From NCBI GenBank assembly GCA_951406725.2, contig OX597832.1:22010001-22074000 (forward strand): a DNA stretch of 64,000 nucleotides, given 5' to 3'. Of this stretch, positions 14,273-27,339 are shown piece by piece. The notes under the pieces were generated by a model. The model made no database searches and was not told where the DNA came from. It was given only the letters and a program-made list of their open reading frames with translations. Numbering within the stretch: position 1 is the first letter of the stretch; each line of letters opens with the position of its first letter. Origin of the DNA: Octopus vulgaris (taxonomy: Eukaryota). The translations under genes and the position numbers were made by a program.

Positions 14273-14785
14273 GGACACTGATAAAAATTTATATAATATA
14301 AATGATATATAAATATATGCATATATATACATACATATATGTACATATCTACATATATATGTACGTAAATATACATGCATATATGGGTACAAGACAAAAA
14401 CAAATGTTGAACACAATGAGAAACGAAAACATAAAAACAAAAACATAGAAAATGAACTTTTTTTTGAACAACGAAAAAAACAAACAGAGAAACGAGACAT
14501 GCAACATAAAGAATATTCCCCTTCATCAGTTGTCCCTGTTTCATCTACTCCGCGTTTCGAAGGCAAGGACATACATACATATAATTATATATCCTTTAAT
14601 GTGAGTTTTCCATGCTGGCATGGGTTTGACGGTTTGACAGGGGCTGGCTAGGCAGAAGACTGCGTCATGCTTCACTGTCAGTTATGGAATGGTTTTTACA
14701 GCTGGATGCCATTCCTAACTCCAACCACCTTACCAAGTGGACAGAGTGCTTTTTACATGGCACCAGCACTGGCAAGATCAATTTT

Positions 14786-14827
<42 letters not shown>

Positions 14828-15162
14828 AATATGTATATATACATACACACACACACATATGTATATACATATCATCATCATCGCTTAACGTCCGTTTTCC
14901 ATGCTAGCATGGGTTGGACGGTTCGACCGGGGACTGGGAAGACAGGAGGCTGCACCAGGCTCCAGTTTGATCCAGCAGTGTTTCTACAGCTAGATGCCCT
15001 TCCTAACACCAACCACTCCAAGAGTGTAGTGGGTGCTTTTTCCATGCCACTGGCACAGGGACCAGAGGAGGTTGGTAACGGCCACGATTGGTTGGTGCTT
15101 TTTACGTGCCACCAGCACGGTTGCCAGTTAAGGCGGTGCTGGCATATATATATATATATATA

Positions 15163-15386
15163 TGGTGGTTGTCTACTCCTTATGCAGAGTCTGATCACCT
15201 CCTGTAACCACCTTAGAACCATCATGGCGTCTGATGTGGCTTTTTAAACCAGACAATGTTTCGAAAAGACACCCACATAGATTGCACCTCCGATTTGGAA
15301 CACCAAGAGCTGCAGATAAGTTCTGATCCTTGCGGATCTTAAAATGTCTTTTGAGGACTCCATTCGATTTGAAGACCTTACGGTAT
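15163..15386 (-). mobile_element. LINE 3' end with C-terminal C2H2 finger (RTE-like)
   Basis: RKVFKSNGVLKRHFKIRK...RRCNLCGCLFETLSGLKSHIRRH; no splice context and embedded among repeats. Confidence 0.6.
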
Positions 15387-15810
15387 GCACGACGAAATAC
15401 TGCTAAGCATTTCGCCCAGCTAGCCGTCTTAATAATAATAATAATAATAATCTTTTCTACTCCAGGCACAGGGTCTGAAATTTTGGGGGAGGAGGCCAAT
15501 CGATGTGATCGACCCCAGTACGCAACTGGTACTTAATTTATCGACCCTGGAAGGATGAAAGGCAAAGTCGACTTCAGTGGAATTTGAATTCAGAATGTAG
15601 TGGCAGTCGAAATACCTATTTCTTTACTACCCACAAGGGGCTAAACACAGAGGGGACAGACAAACGGATTAAGTACTTAATTTATCGACCCCGAAAGGAT
15701 GAAAGGCAAAGTCGACCTTGGCGGAATTTGTACTCAGAACGTAATGGCAGACGAAATACCGCTAAACATTTCGCCCGGTGTGCTAACGATTCTGCCAGCT
15801 CACTGCCTTA

Positions 15811-15841
<31 letters not shown>

Positions 15842-15859
15842 TAATAATAATAATAATAA

Positions 15860-15905
<46 letters not shown>

Positions 15906-16459
15906 TTGTGGACAGCAAACATAGTACCAGGTGTTCTTCAAACATAAACAGGGCCTGTTGGTTTAGCAAGATAGGAAGACTATTTCAAAGTAACTACCAT
16001 AGAATTCCTACACTGAATAGAACAGAATAAAATGGAATGGAATGGAATAGAACAGAACACAAAAGAATGGAATTCCTTTATTCTTAATTATAGGAGCTTC
16101 TGGATATGAAGCGAAGTTTTGTCATGATAGAGATGTCTTGGATTACTAAAGATAGACACACGGACAATGTGAATGTGTTTATGGGAAGGAAAATAATACA
16201 TAACTTGATACAGAGTCTTTCAGTTGAATATAATGTAAGCATATGTGGGTGGGGGTGGGGTGATGCGGGGGGGGGGGGGGTGTCTGTGGAAGTGCGAGCA
16301 TTTGGGTTTGCATGTGTGCATGTTTATAAATGTGTGTGTGTGTGTGTGTATACAAGTAAATGTATCTCTTGTTTTTTTTAATGCATGTGTGTGTGTGTGT
16401 TTGTGAATACCTGTGTGTGTGTGTGTGTGTGTGTGTTGTGAACGTGTGTGTGTATGTGA

Positions 16460-16498
<39 letters not shown>

Positions 16499-16861
16499 AA
16501 TGCATGTGTGTGTATGTGAATGTGTGTATGTGAATGTGTGTGTGCGTGAATGCGTATGTGTTTGTGAATGTGTGTGCATGTGAATGTATGTGTGTGTAAG
16601 TGTGAATGTGTGTGTGTGTATGTGAATATGTGTGTGTATGCAGGTGTGTGCATCTGAGTGCCTATGTGTGTGTATGTGAATGTGTGTGTGTATGTGAATG
16701 TGTGTGTGTGTGGTTGTGAATGCCTATTTGTATTTATGAATACCTGTGTATTTGTAAATGTGTGTCTGTATGAGAATGCCTATGTGTATTTGTGAATACG
16801 TGGGCATGTGTTCACGAGTGTGGCCAAACTTGCATGTGCATGTTTGTGAGGGCATGCTTAC

Positions 16862-16907
<46 letters not shown>

Positions 16908-17727
16908 ATGCAGTGTTTGTATATTTCTGAATTGCGTGTGTTTGTGAGTGCCTGTGCGTGTGTGTTATCTATGCCCACTGCTTCCTCACATCCACATATC
17001 TTAAGTTTATTATTCACAAACACGGGCCATTTTCTCCAGCCAAGCTCACCACAGACGCCATCAGCAGTTCTCAGATACCAGGAATACCATAGGAACACAC
17101 TGGTGAATGTTATCAGGTAATCTCTAGATCAGCTCTGATGATGGAGCAGACCAATGATCAAAGGCATTCCAGCTCTGACCATCCAGCCTGTTGAAGGAAA
17201 ATTTGAACACTACTTTGTTTAATGCAATACACCCACTATTAAGACAGCTGAAGTGTGAGTTGAGGGAAATTGTGCTGCTATTTCTAGCAGGTTGTGTAAC
17301 TACATAGAACCACATGTCTTTTTGTTTTTATTTGTTTCAGTTATTAGAATGCAGCCATGCTGGAGCACAGCATTTAGGAATTTTAGTCAAATGAATTAAC
17401 CCCAGTAATTTCTTCTTTTTAAGCCTGGTATGTATTCGATTGGTCAATGTTTTGCTGAACTGCTAGGTTACAGGGATGTAAATACACCAACACCGGTTAT
17501 CAAACAATGGTAGAACACATACACAAACATATCTATCTATCTACCTACTTACTGACCAACCTATCTACCTACCTACCTACTGACCTATCTATCTGTGTAT
17601 CTATCTATCTATCTACCTACCTATCTACCTACCTACCTACCTATCTACCTACTTACTTACTGACCGACCCATCTATCTATCTCCCTACCTACTTACCGAC
17701 CAACATATATATCTATTTATCTGTCTG

Positions 17728-18115
17728 ATAAAGAAGCTTGAGAGGTGGTTGGATGGAACTTACACTCGCCTCCTTATGAGAGCTCAAAATCTCCCGTAGA
17801 AGCATCATCCAACCAAAGTACAAATATATAGGAAATTACCACCTGTATCATCTCTTGTGAAAGGTAGAATAGTCCAGTTTGCTGGACATTGTTGTAGAGC
17901 TGAAAATGAGGTAATTTCTACTCTTCTCCTCTGGAAGCCATCTGCTCGCGGTACCAGAGGGCGCACACTCTCCTACCCTGATGTAATCTCCAGGGATACA
18001 GGCATCCAGCAACAGGACCTCCGTAATGCTATGATGGACTGTGAAGTCTGGCGTAACATAGTAAATTCCATTGTCTCGACCACAGTCGAACAAGGATGAT
18101 GATGATGATGATGAT
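17728..18115 (+). mobile_element. RTE-like LINE 3' end, same family as 59640-60143
   Basis: High nucleotide similarity to 59780-60135; (GAT)n tail. Confidence 0.9.
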
Positions 18116-18194
18116 CTATCTACCTATCTATCTATCTATCTACCTACCTACTTACTGACCGACCTATCTACCTATCCATCCATTCATTCGTTTA

Positions 18195-18336
18195 TATATT
18201 AAAGTTAGATCAGGCCGATTTATGGCATTACTGCAGGCTTCACGTCCATAAAGGGCTGAGCTTTATGGCATATGGCCCTTTATGGACATGAAACCTAAGG
18301 TAATGCCATAAACCAGCCTTACCTAACTTTCATATA
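18195..18336. mobile_element. Foldback/MITE-like element
   Basis: Imperfect inverted arms of about 56 bp (aaagttag...ccataaagggc / gccctttatgg...ctaacttt) around an 18-bp spacer, with TA-rich flanks. Confidence 0.7.
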
Positions 18337-19780
18337 CACTGCTCTATAACTTAGAGTATGTTTCTTTTTCAGATTTGTGTTTTTACAGACAATATACATC
18401 ATCATCATCATCATAGTTTAACATCCGCTTTCCATGCTGGCATGGGTGGGACGTCTTGTCTGAGGTCTGGAGAGCCAGTGGCTGCACCAGGCTCCAATCT
18501 GATCTGGCAACAGTTCTACAGCTGGATGCCCATATCAAATTTGCAGGCATGGTGGGGTCAAATTTTAGTAGCTGTTGGCTGGTGCATTTGGCCAAAGACA
18601 ATCAGACGCCGTTTGTCACTAAATTTGAAATCACGATATCAAATTAATCAGCATTACTTTTGATGACCTAAAACAGGTAAGATGATATTATTGTTCACTA
18701 AAATTTTTCCCAATCATGCCCGTATTAATTTTGTGAGCATTCCGTGGCATAGAAGTATCTCTGACTTCTATTTTTAGCGATGCAAGTGCTCATGTACAAC
18801 TCGTGTGTGCGAGTGTATATATATATATATATTAATTTGCTTGTACAGTTTGTATTCGCTGCCACTAGTCATGGCATTTTTAATACTACTATTGCTCTCA
18901 TATTTATTCATATACATATATAGGCACAGGAGTGGGTATGTCGTATGTAGCTTGCTTACAAACCACATGGTCCCAGGTTCAGTCCCACTGCGTAGCACCT
19001 TGGGCAAGTGTTTTCTACTATAGCAACATTGCTTGACAATTGATGCTAGTGTGTTTACATCACCGTAACTTAGCAGTTCGGTAAGGGATACCGACAGAAT
19101 AAGTACTACGCTTACAAAGAATAAGATCTGGAGTCGATTTGCTCGACTAAAGGTGGTGCTCCAGCATGGCTGCAGTGAAATGACAGAAACAAGTAAAATA
19201 ATAAAAGAAGCTATACAACAAGCTTCTTTGAGTTTCTGTCTACAAAATACACTCAAAAGGGACCACAGAAAAAGTTGCTCACCCAAGGTGCATCATCCGA
19301 GGATTGAACTCAAGCCCTCACAGTTGGAAAGCAAGCTTCTTGATCCACACCTGTGCCTTACATAAGTATTTGACAAGGCCTCGTGCTTATTGGCTGCAGC
19401 ATCACAACACACTCCTGTACATGTTCGTTAACGGACTCGAAACCAGGTGTTTATTTATCTCCACCTCGTTTGCACTAACGAATGTGTGCAGGTACGTCTC
19501 ATCATTGGGTACCGTTTATTGGCGCTGTCGCCGTGTTTAATGCAGCTATGCATCTGCAGGGGCGTGCAGTTTGACGTCCGTGCTGACATGTTGTTAGTGA
19601 AGCCCCCTGCAGTGTTTCACTGTGTTAAACTTCCTTCTTCTAAATCAAGAGCTAGCGTGGGTGGGGGGCATGCATGGCATGAGTTTTGGTACTAAAACAT
19701 ATGGCAGGAAAAGTAACAAGATATATATATAAATAAATACACACACACACACACACACACATATAAATACACACACATAT

Positions 19781-20152
19781 ACTCTTTTATTTGCTTCAGT
19801 CATTTGACTGTGGCCATGCTGGAGCACCGCCTTTAGTCGAGCAAATCGACCCCAGGACTTATTCTTTGTAAGCCTAGTACTTATTCTATCGGTCTCTTTT
19901 GCCGAACCGCTAAGTTACGGGGACGTAAACACACCAGCATCGGTTGTCAAGCGATGTTGGGGGGACAAACACAGACACACATACATATATACGGCGGGCT
20001 TTTTTCAGTTTCCGTCTACCAAATCCACTCACAAAGCTTTGGTCGGCCTGAGGTTATAGTAGAAGACACTTGCCCAAGGTGCCATGCAGTGGGACTGAAC
20101 CCGGAACCATGTGGTTGGTAAGCAAGCTACTTACCACACAGCCACTCCTGCA
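19781..20152 (-). mobile_element. Full-length dominant SINE copy
   Basis: Reverse complement of the 31164-31555 family. Confidence 0.9.
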
Positions 20153-20724
20153 CATGTTGGACCTATTTTCGTACATATGCAGACACCATTTGAAACAATG
20201 GTGTCCCATGTTTATGTCCTTCGGTGACTTAGTGGTTCAACCAAAAGATTGATAAAATAAGTAAGGAGGTGCTGTAGCACAGCCTGAGTTCACTGACAGA
20301 AATGAATAAAAGAAGACCTTATCATATGATTAGATGATTAACTGATTAACTATTAAAAGAAAACGGACTCAATACATTTGGAATGTAGACTAAGTTTGTT
20401 TTGTTAAGAACCACAATACCTTATGCTTTTGTGTGATTCGCCACCTGTGTACCTCTTTGGAGATATACAACTAAAGATAAAGTCAATAGTGAAATGTGGT
20501 TACAACACCAATATATTGTTCTTCAAAGCCATAATTCTGAAAAGCTAAGTGAACAGTGAAATGTGATAGCAACACATACCATATTGTTTTCTCAGATATT
20601 GTTCTTCAAAAGAAGATATACATCTGAAATGTGCACAAGCTTGGCAGAGACAATGCGACCAAGAAATTTGCTCTGTAAACCTGTGGCTTTGGGTTATACT
20701 TTACTGCAAGACACCACAGGCTAG

Positions 20725-21078
20725 TACAGTTCTATATTTAAGAGATGAGGAATTACGTACAGTATTTACATTTGATGGATATTTGTCCTCATCTTGTTTG
20801 TTGTTAACACAACGTTTCGGCTGATATACCCCCAACCTTCATCGGGTGTCTTGGGGAAATTTCGAACCTGGGTCCTCATTCCTAAGGTTTTTTTGATGTT
20901 GCTGCTGTTGTTATTATTATTATTATTATTATTCAGGTCACTGTTGGGAATCGAACTCAGAATCTTGGGGTTAATAGCCTGCGCTCTTAACCAAGAAACC
21001 TGATGAAGGCTGGAGGGTATATCAGGTGAAACGCTGTGTTAACAACAAACAAGATGAGGACAAATATCCGTCAAATGT
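20725..21078 (-). mobile_element. tRNA-headed SINE-like element with HHR in its 3' part, plus inverted partial copy
   Basis: Minus strand: tRNA-like head (20993-20936), (AAT)n, then GACAC-CCGAUGA-A-GGUUG...CAGCC-GAAA-CG-UU-GUGUU (20850-20806). Plus-strand inverted copy 20998-21078 begins CUGAUGA-A-GGCUG. Confidence 0.7.
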
Positions 21079-21150
21079 GTGTGTGTGTGTGCATGCATAT
21101 ATACATATATATATATGCACACACACATACAAATATATATATATATGCAG

Positions 21151-21552
21151 CAGGTACGTGCCATCAGTAATAGCTCAAGGTAGGTAGTTGGTGACCTTTA
21201 TTTAGTAAAAGACACAAAAATAAGCGAAACACAGGTGGACGACTGAGCTGAAGGCAGATTTACTTCTGCCTTTATAGTGCTTAAAAAAAACGGTGTTGTA
21301 GGAATGCACGCAGCATGTGTACCACAGCAGTATTACGTGTAGCTTTAATACTGAGATTGAAAGGCAGAGGCGAATTATGCCTACCTAATCTCTGAAAAAA
21401 TACAATATTTTGCATTTTAACATAATCAGAGTAACCTTCATAATTTTATTGAATTAGGTGCATATTTTGCCATAAAAGGCAAATGTTGCTATCGATCTAT
21501 TGTATTCAAGGTAGGCACTGCCGACCTTGCCTACTTAGGTGGCACATCCCTG
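21151..21552. mobile_element. hAT-type MITE
   Basis: Imperfect 13-bp TIRs CAGGTACGTGCCA / TGGCACATCCCTG and an 8-bp TSD ATATGCAG / ATAAGCAG (7/8 match). Confidence 0.75.
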
Positions 21553-22040
21553 ATAAGCAGGTTTCTTTCAGTTTCTGACTACCAAATCCACTAACATGGC
21601 TTTGGTTGGTCTGACGCCATAGTAGAAGACACCTGTCCAAGGTGCCATGCAGTGGAATTGAACCCGCAATGATGTGGTCGTTGGGAAGCAAACTTCTTAG
21701 ACGAACGGAAAATGAAATCACTTGGTGAGAGTTAGCAACAGGAAGAGCATCCTACCGTAGAAATTCTCCGTTGGCAAATCCTACCCGACTTCTGCAAGCA
21801 TGGGAAAATATGCAAGACATTAAAGCAATGAAGATGATGATAATGATGATGGTGATGATGATGATGATGATGACGACATGGCGATGATGATGATGATGAT
21901 TACGTGACTAATGAAATGCAACGGTAACACTTGTGGTTCTAAATTTGTTCTTGAGAAAAGATAGATATCTGTACGAAGCTATGCGGATAGCGAAATGCGA
22001 CAGTGACATGTGAGATATTTCTGTTCTAAGACATAACTCT

Positions 22041-22084
<44 letters not shown>

Positions 22085-22232
22085 AGAAGGAGAAAGAAAA
22101 AAAACGCGGAGAAAAGGAATTCCAACACCTACAATTATTGTTCTTCAAAGACATTGTATTGCTGCAAAACTGTGTGAAAAGTGAAATGAAACACAATAGC
22201 TACATGTGAGACAAAGTTCTTGATAATCTATA

Positions 22233-22270
<38 letters not shown>

Positions 22271-23886
22271 TGTGGGCGGGTGGGTATGTAAGTGTGTATG
22301 TGTGGTGTGAGTATGTGCGTGTATCATCACGTGTGTGCGTGTGTGTATAGATATAAGTGTGTGTATGTACATGCGTGATGTTGGTATATGAAAATTAAAC
22401 AAATATTGATATATCATGTTCGTGTGTGTGTGTGTCTATGCATATGTGTGTGTGTGTGTGTCTATGTATGTGTGTGTGTGTGTTCAGGTATAAAATCCTA
22501 AATAGATGGGTACGTATAAATGAGCAAAACACTTTACCACATCATTAAACACACACACATGCATACACACATACATACAAACATATATACACACACATAT
22601 ATATATACATATACACACACATATATACAGACACACACACACATATATACATAAACATATATCCATATTCTTCATATCTAACTTTCATTAGATTTAAACT
22701 AAAAGAAGCAAACTATAAAATAAAAAAAACAACAAAAAGGAAACAGTTTACAAACTATATTTGCATCCTTTTTAAGACTACAACATGAAAAACAGCAACA
22801 CAACAACAAACAATTCACAGCCCACAAACACGAACATTCTTTTTATTTTTCCTTTCCATATTTCTCATAATCACCATCACCATCATCATCACCATCATCA
22901 TCACCATCATCATCATCATCACCAGCATCATCAACAGCATCATCAACAGTCACGATTGCCATTATCACTGCCACCGCCACCATCATCGTGACCATCACCA
23001 TCACTATCATCAACATTGTCATCATTGCCATCACCATCACCATCACAACGATCATCGGCAACATCATCACCATCGCTGCCACCACCATCACCGGCAACAT
23101 CATCACCATCATTGCCACCACCATTGCTACCACCACGACCACCACCACCACCATTGTGGCCATTGCCATCATCACCACCACTGTCATCATTGCCACCACC
23201 ACGACCACGACGACCACCACCACAACATCAACAACAATTACTATTATCTCCTTTTTCACCTTTTTGGTAATATCACAACAATACTTCTAAAAGTACAAAT
23301 TTTAAGTGTGGCACATTGAAACAGAAAAGAGGGGGGAAGAAAAAAAAACAAAATAAAATAAAATAAAATAAAATAAAAAAACAAAAAACAAAACAAAAGC
23401 TAAACGAAGACAGAACAAAATACACCCAAGATATGTTAACGAACATATATGAAAGCATGTACATGGTGCAAAATATATCTTGTTCTGACTAGAATTTCAT
23501 ATTGTTTTCCAAAAAAGACATTTTTGGAGAAAATACTTTGGCGATTCTCTTTGTTGCGATTTTTGCTTTATTTCTTATGAAAACTTTAAACACACCGTGC
23601 CCCCCCTCCACCCCCACTCACCCCGCATAAAAATAAAATAAAATAAGATAAGATAATAAACAATAAGGAAAAAGAAAAAAACAAAGAATTTCCTATTGAT
23701 TTTTGGTAACATCAAGATTACGATAACAGTTTTGTAAAAGAATATAGGTTTTTTTTTATGTTTTTGTACTTATACCAAGCTGTAGTAATAAGGAGATCAA
23801 AAACAATGATGAATGTAATAAATATATGTGTGTGTGTATGGGTATATATGTATGGATACATCACATCAAAAAGGCATACTTAAGTA

Positions 23887-23889
<3 letters not shown>

Positions 23890-23936
<47 letters not shown>

Positions 23937-24020
23937 TGTATATATACATATGTATATATACATATGTATATATGCATATACGTACATATACATATGTATA
24001 TATGCATATACATACATATA

Positions 24021-24066
<46 letters not shown>

Positions 24067-24340
24067 TATACATATGTATATATACATTTATATACATACA
24101 TATGTATATATACATACATATACTTATATATACATACATATACTTATATATACATATATACATATACTTACATATACTTATATATACATATATATACATA
24201 TATATACATACATATACATATATATACATACATATACTTATATATACATATACATACATACATATACTTATATATACATATACATACATAAATAAACATA
24301 CATACATACACACACACACACATATATATATACACACACA
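23890..24340. repeat. (TA)/(CATA) microsatellite block
   Basis: Direct reading; similar blocks at 12210-12655, 35470-35785, 52455-52845, 57265-57665, 62231-62640. Confidence 0.95.
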
Positions 24341-24576
24341 CCACCGAAATGCATATATATCTATATAGTACACACGCACATGCTTCCTCCCTCCCACTCA
24401 TTACCTAACAAATACTTTATTACAGAATGTATTATATATACATATAGATATATATATACATACATATACGCACACACGCACACACATATACACAAATACA
24501 CAACGTGTATGTATGTGTTTTATATAAAGATTTACATGGGCACACACACAAATACACAAAAGTATATATCCGTTTT

Positions 24577-24622
<46 letters not shown>

Positions 24623-24821
24623 AAGTATTCATAAACACCAATTTGGTACTGAAAAAGAATAATTTCATTTCATTTCTCTCTCACGCCCACACGATGCTTC
24701 TGACATGCATATAATATTTATATATGAAGCTAAGATCCCACCAGGGGTTTCAAGAAATGAAACTCTACAGAAATGGCAAAAGAAAAATAAAAAAATTAAA
24801 TTAAAAAAAACTGAAACTTAC

Positions 24822-24977
24822 TTCAAATTCACCGATGAGCCTCCCTAATTTCCCACGTACTCCAGCTTCTTCAAAAACCTCACGCTCCGCAGCTATTGCT
24901 GGTGGCTCCGAGGGTTCAATACCCCCTCCAGGTACAATCCATCGATCTTTATATCTGCTACTCGATACTAGTAAGAT
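24822..24977 (-). CDS. NUDT3: Internal coding exon of a diphosphoinositol polyphosphate phosphohydrolase (DIPP; NUDT3/NUDT4/Aps family Nudix hydrolase)
   Basis: Minus strand reads tcgtctttttcag|ATC TTA CTA...TTT GAA|gtaagt: 156 nt, phase 0/0, no stop. Translation ILLVSSSRYKDRWIVPGGGIEPSEPPAIAAEREVFEEAGVRGKLGRLIGEFE has a perfect Nudix box GX5EX7REVFEEAGV and closely matches the recalled human NUDT3 segment VLLVSSSRHPDRWIVPGGGMEPEEEPSVAAVREVCEEAGVKGTLGRLVGIFE. The symbol denotes the family; an invertebrate gene is probably co-orthologous to NUDT3/4/10/11. Confidence 0.95.
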
Positions 24978-25723
24978 CTGAAAAAGACGACAAGAAACGA
25001 TGTGGTGAGGGTTAAAATGTAAGAAACGTGTGTTTGCGTGCGTGTGTGTGTATTATGTGTGAGTGTGTGTGTATGTGTGAGTGTGTGTATGTGTGAGTGT
25101 ATGTGTGTGTGTATGTGTGAGTGTGTGTATATGTGAGTGTGTGTGTGTGTGTATGTGTGTGTGTATGTGTGTGTATGTATGTGTATGTGTGTGTGTGTCT
25201 GTGTATGTGTAAGTGTGTATGTGTATGTATATGTGTGTGTGTTAAACTTATTGTTTAACCAAATTAAACAAACAATTGACTAATTAACTGGATATTTAAC
25301 CAATTGACTAACGATGAAGAAATGAAACTGAACAAGTGCATGGGTTAATGATATTGGCAAAATGACTCTACCTAGATGCAACAAAATTGGTTTCAACAAA
25401 CAAATTCCTGCAAATCAGATACAACAACGAAGTATATACAATATCAAAGGATTAGGGAGAGAATAAGGCACTTAAATGATAGGCACCAAATGGGGTCAAG
25501 TTAACTTGTAAACAGCGCCTTTAGTCGAATAAATATCATGGGTAACAAAGTACATTCAGAGAAAAATTCAGGTTATGTATACAGAGAATTTAACCCTTAT
25601 GGGTATTTTAAAAGCCTAAGGGCTAATCCAAAAGTGAATATTGTGTTGGTCGTGTGGTATTTAGTATACTCCAGAATATCTGACAAGGTTGGGATTCCAG
25701 TGAGGTGTATTTTGAACAAACAG

Positions 25724-25893
25724 AATAAATAATAAACAATGGATAAGTGTCGCTTCTTTACAGCTGTTTCTAAGTGATTTTTAAAAATAAATTAATAAGT
25801 ACATTATGATATAATGTACTTATTAATCTACTAAAGAAATCCTTTGACAATATTGTAATGAAGCGACGTGTATCCGCCGTTTGTTATTTATTT
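25724..25893. repeat. Degenerate foldback palindrome
   Basis: Perfect 17-bp core (25791-25807 / 25811-25827, loop GAT); diverged arms extend to about 85 bp (e.g. gtcgcttc / gaagcgac). Confidence 0.8.
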
Positions 25894-25914
25894 GTTATAT
25901 ACACATATATATAA

Positions 25915-26173
25915 AGGTAATCTTGATCTCAAACTCAATGTGGAAGTTGTATAAAAACACAGAATATTTTGTTTGAAGAGAATTGTTGAAAATGAACCCT
26001 GTTTGGAGGCTTCTGACACTGTGAAACAGCTAGAAGTTAGTCCAAGAACGTGTGTTACATATCTGCATAAGCTTGGGTATTATGGACGAGCAGCTAGAAG
26101 AAAACCCCTTCTTCAACCAATTAATATCAAATAAAAGATTCTGAAAATTAAAGGTGTCTATTTACTTCCTGTA

Positions 26174-26174
<1 letters not shown>
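25915..26174 (+). mobile_element. Tc1 transposase HTH fragment
   Basis: 25973-26134 translates LKRIVENEPCLEASDTVKQLEVSPRTCVTYLHKLGYYGRAARRKPLLQPINIK*, with the typical Tc1 second-HTH/linker G..GR.A.+KPLL motif. Confidence 0.8.
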
Positions 26175-26222
<48 letters not shown>

Positions 26223-26464
26223 GAGTGGTTGGCATTAGGAAGGGCATCCAGCTGTAGAAACATTGCCAGATAAGACTGGAGCGTTGTTCAGCCTCCTGGC
26301 TTCCCAGATCCCCGGTCGAACCGTCCAACCCATGCTAGCATGGAGAACGGACGTTAAACGATGATGATGATGATAGTTAATCCAAACAAGAAAGCACAAA
26401 AAAACACAACAACACGAGGACGTGGAACAAATATAGTATTATGGATGCTCAGGAAAGAAGGAGG

Positions 26465-26499
26465 GTTTAATGTTTTGAGAGGAGCTCTTCGTCGGAAAC
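26465..26499 (-). ncRNA. Degenerate minimal HHR-like motif (C4 core, G12 lost)
   Basis: GUUU-CCGACGA-A-GAGC UCC UCUC-AAAA-CA-UU-AAAC, inside an element of about 200 bp (26375-26572) between (GAT)n and (TA)n. Confidence 0.45.
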
Positions 26500-27339
26500 A
26501 TAGGAGAAGGAAAGATCCAGAGAAGGGAAGACAGAGGAAAAAAAAATCGCCAACGGTACACACGCGGTCACATTATATATATATATATATGATGGGCTTC
26601 TTTCAGTTTCTGTCTACCAAATTCCCTAATAATGCTTTAGGTGGCCCAAGGCTATAGTAGAAAGTACCTGTCCAAAGTTCCATACAGTGAGACTGAACCC
26701 AAGACCTCAAGACCACATGATTGGGAAATGAGCTACTCAACCACACAGCCACACCTGCAACAAATGACTGGAATTTCGACGACCAATCATAACAAGGTGT
26801 GGTACGGTGCTGTGCAAAAGACTCAAATTCTTGTCCAAGAAATAAAAAGCAAAAACAAAACAAAAATCACAAACACAAATTAAAAAAATGAGGTTAATAG
26901 TTTCTTTGTGCGTTAAATATAAATTATTATTGCAAGACGTCTTCTGAGAGATATGCAAACATAATTGAAATGCAATATTTACACAAGCGCACCATTGTGC
27001 ACACATCGGTAGAACTTTGCAATGCATGTTAGAAAATCTTGAAACATAACTGGCATAATATAGGTCTGATTTATACCCTGACTAGCATCGAGGAGAATAA
27101 AAGTGTCTTTGAAAACAGAAGTGAATGAGGAAGCTCTCGAAAGACAGGCACTCAGGAATTGCTAACCAACCGACAAGCCGAGAGAGAGAGAGAGAGAAGA
27201 AATAGATAAAGAAGAATTTAATATATAATTTATTAGCAAAGTCAAATAGCTTGGGTATACATAACAGAGAATATGATGGACATGTACAGACACTAGAAAT
27301 GTATGTGTGTTAGATAAAGAATATGTGTCGGGGAGGGGG

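Noticed and set aside
14490-14570. HHR at minus-strand CTGATGAAGGGG with nearby GAAACGCG
   Set aside because: No GAAA follows the putative helix II, and the GAAACGCG lies upstream without a matching core or helix; at most a scrambled remnant.
15173-15499. Host C2H2 zinc-finger gene exon
   Set aside because: One finger plus a broken one, with the ORF starting inside SINE/(ATT)n sequence; better explained as a LINE ORF C-terminus.
25500-25720. Minus-strand FWI...YP*GLN resembling a GIY-YIG C-terminus
   Set aside because: Needs a frameshift and a stop over very few residues; too weak to call.
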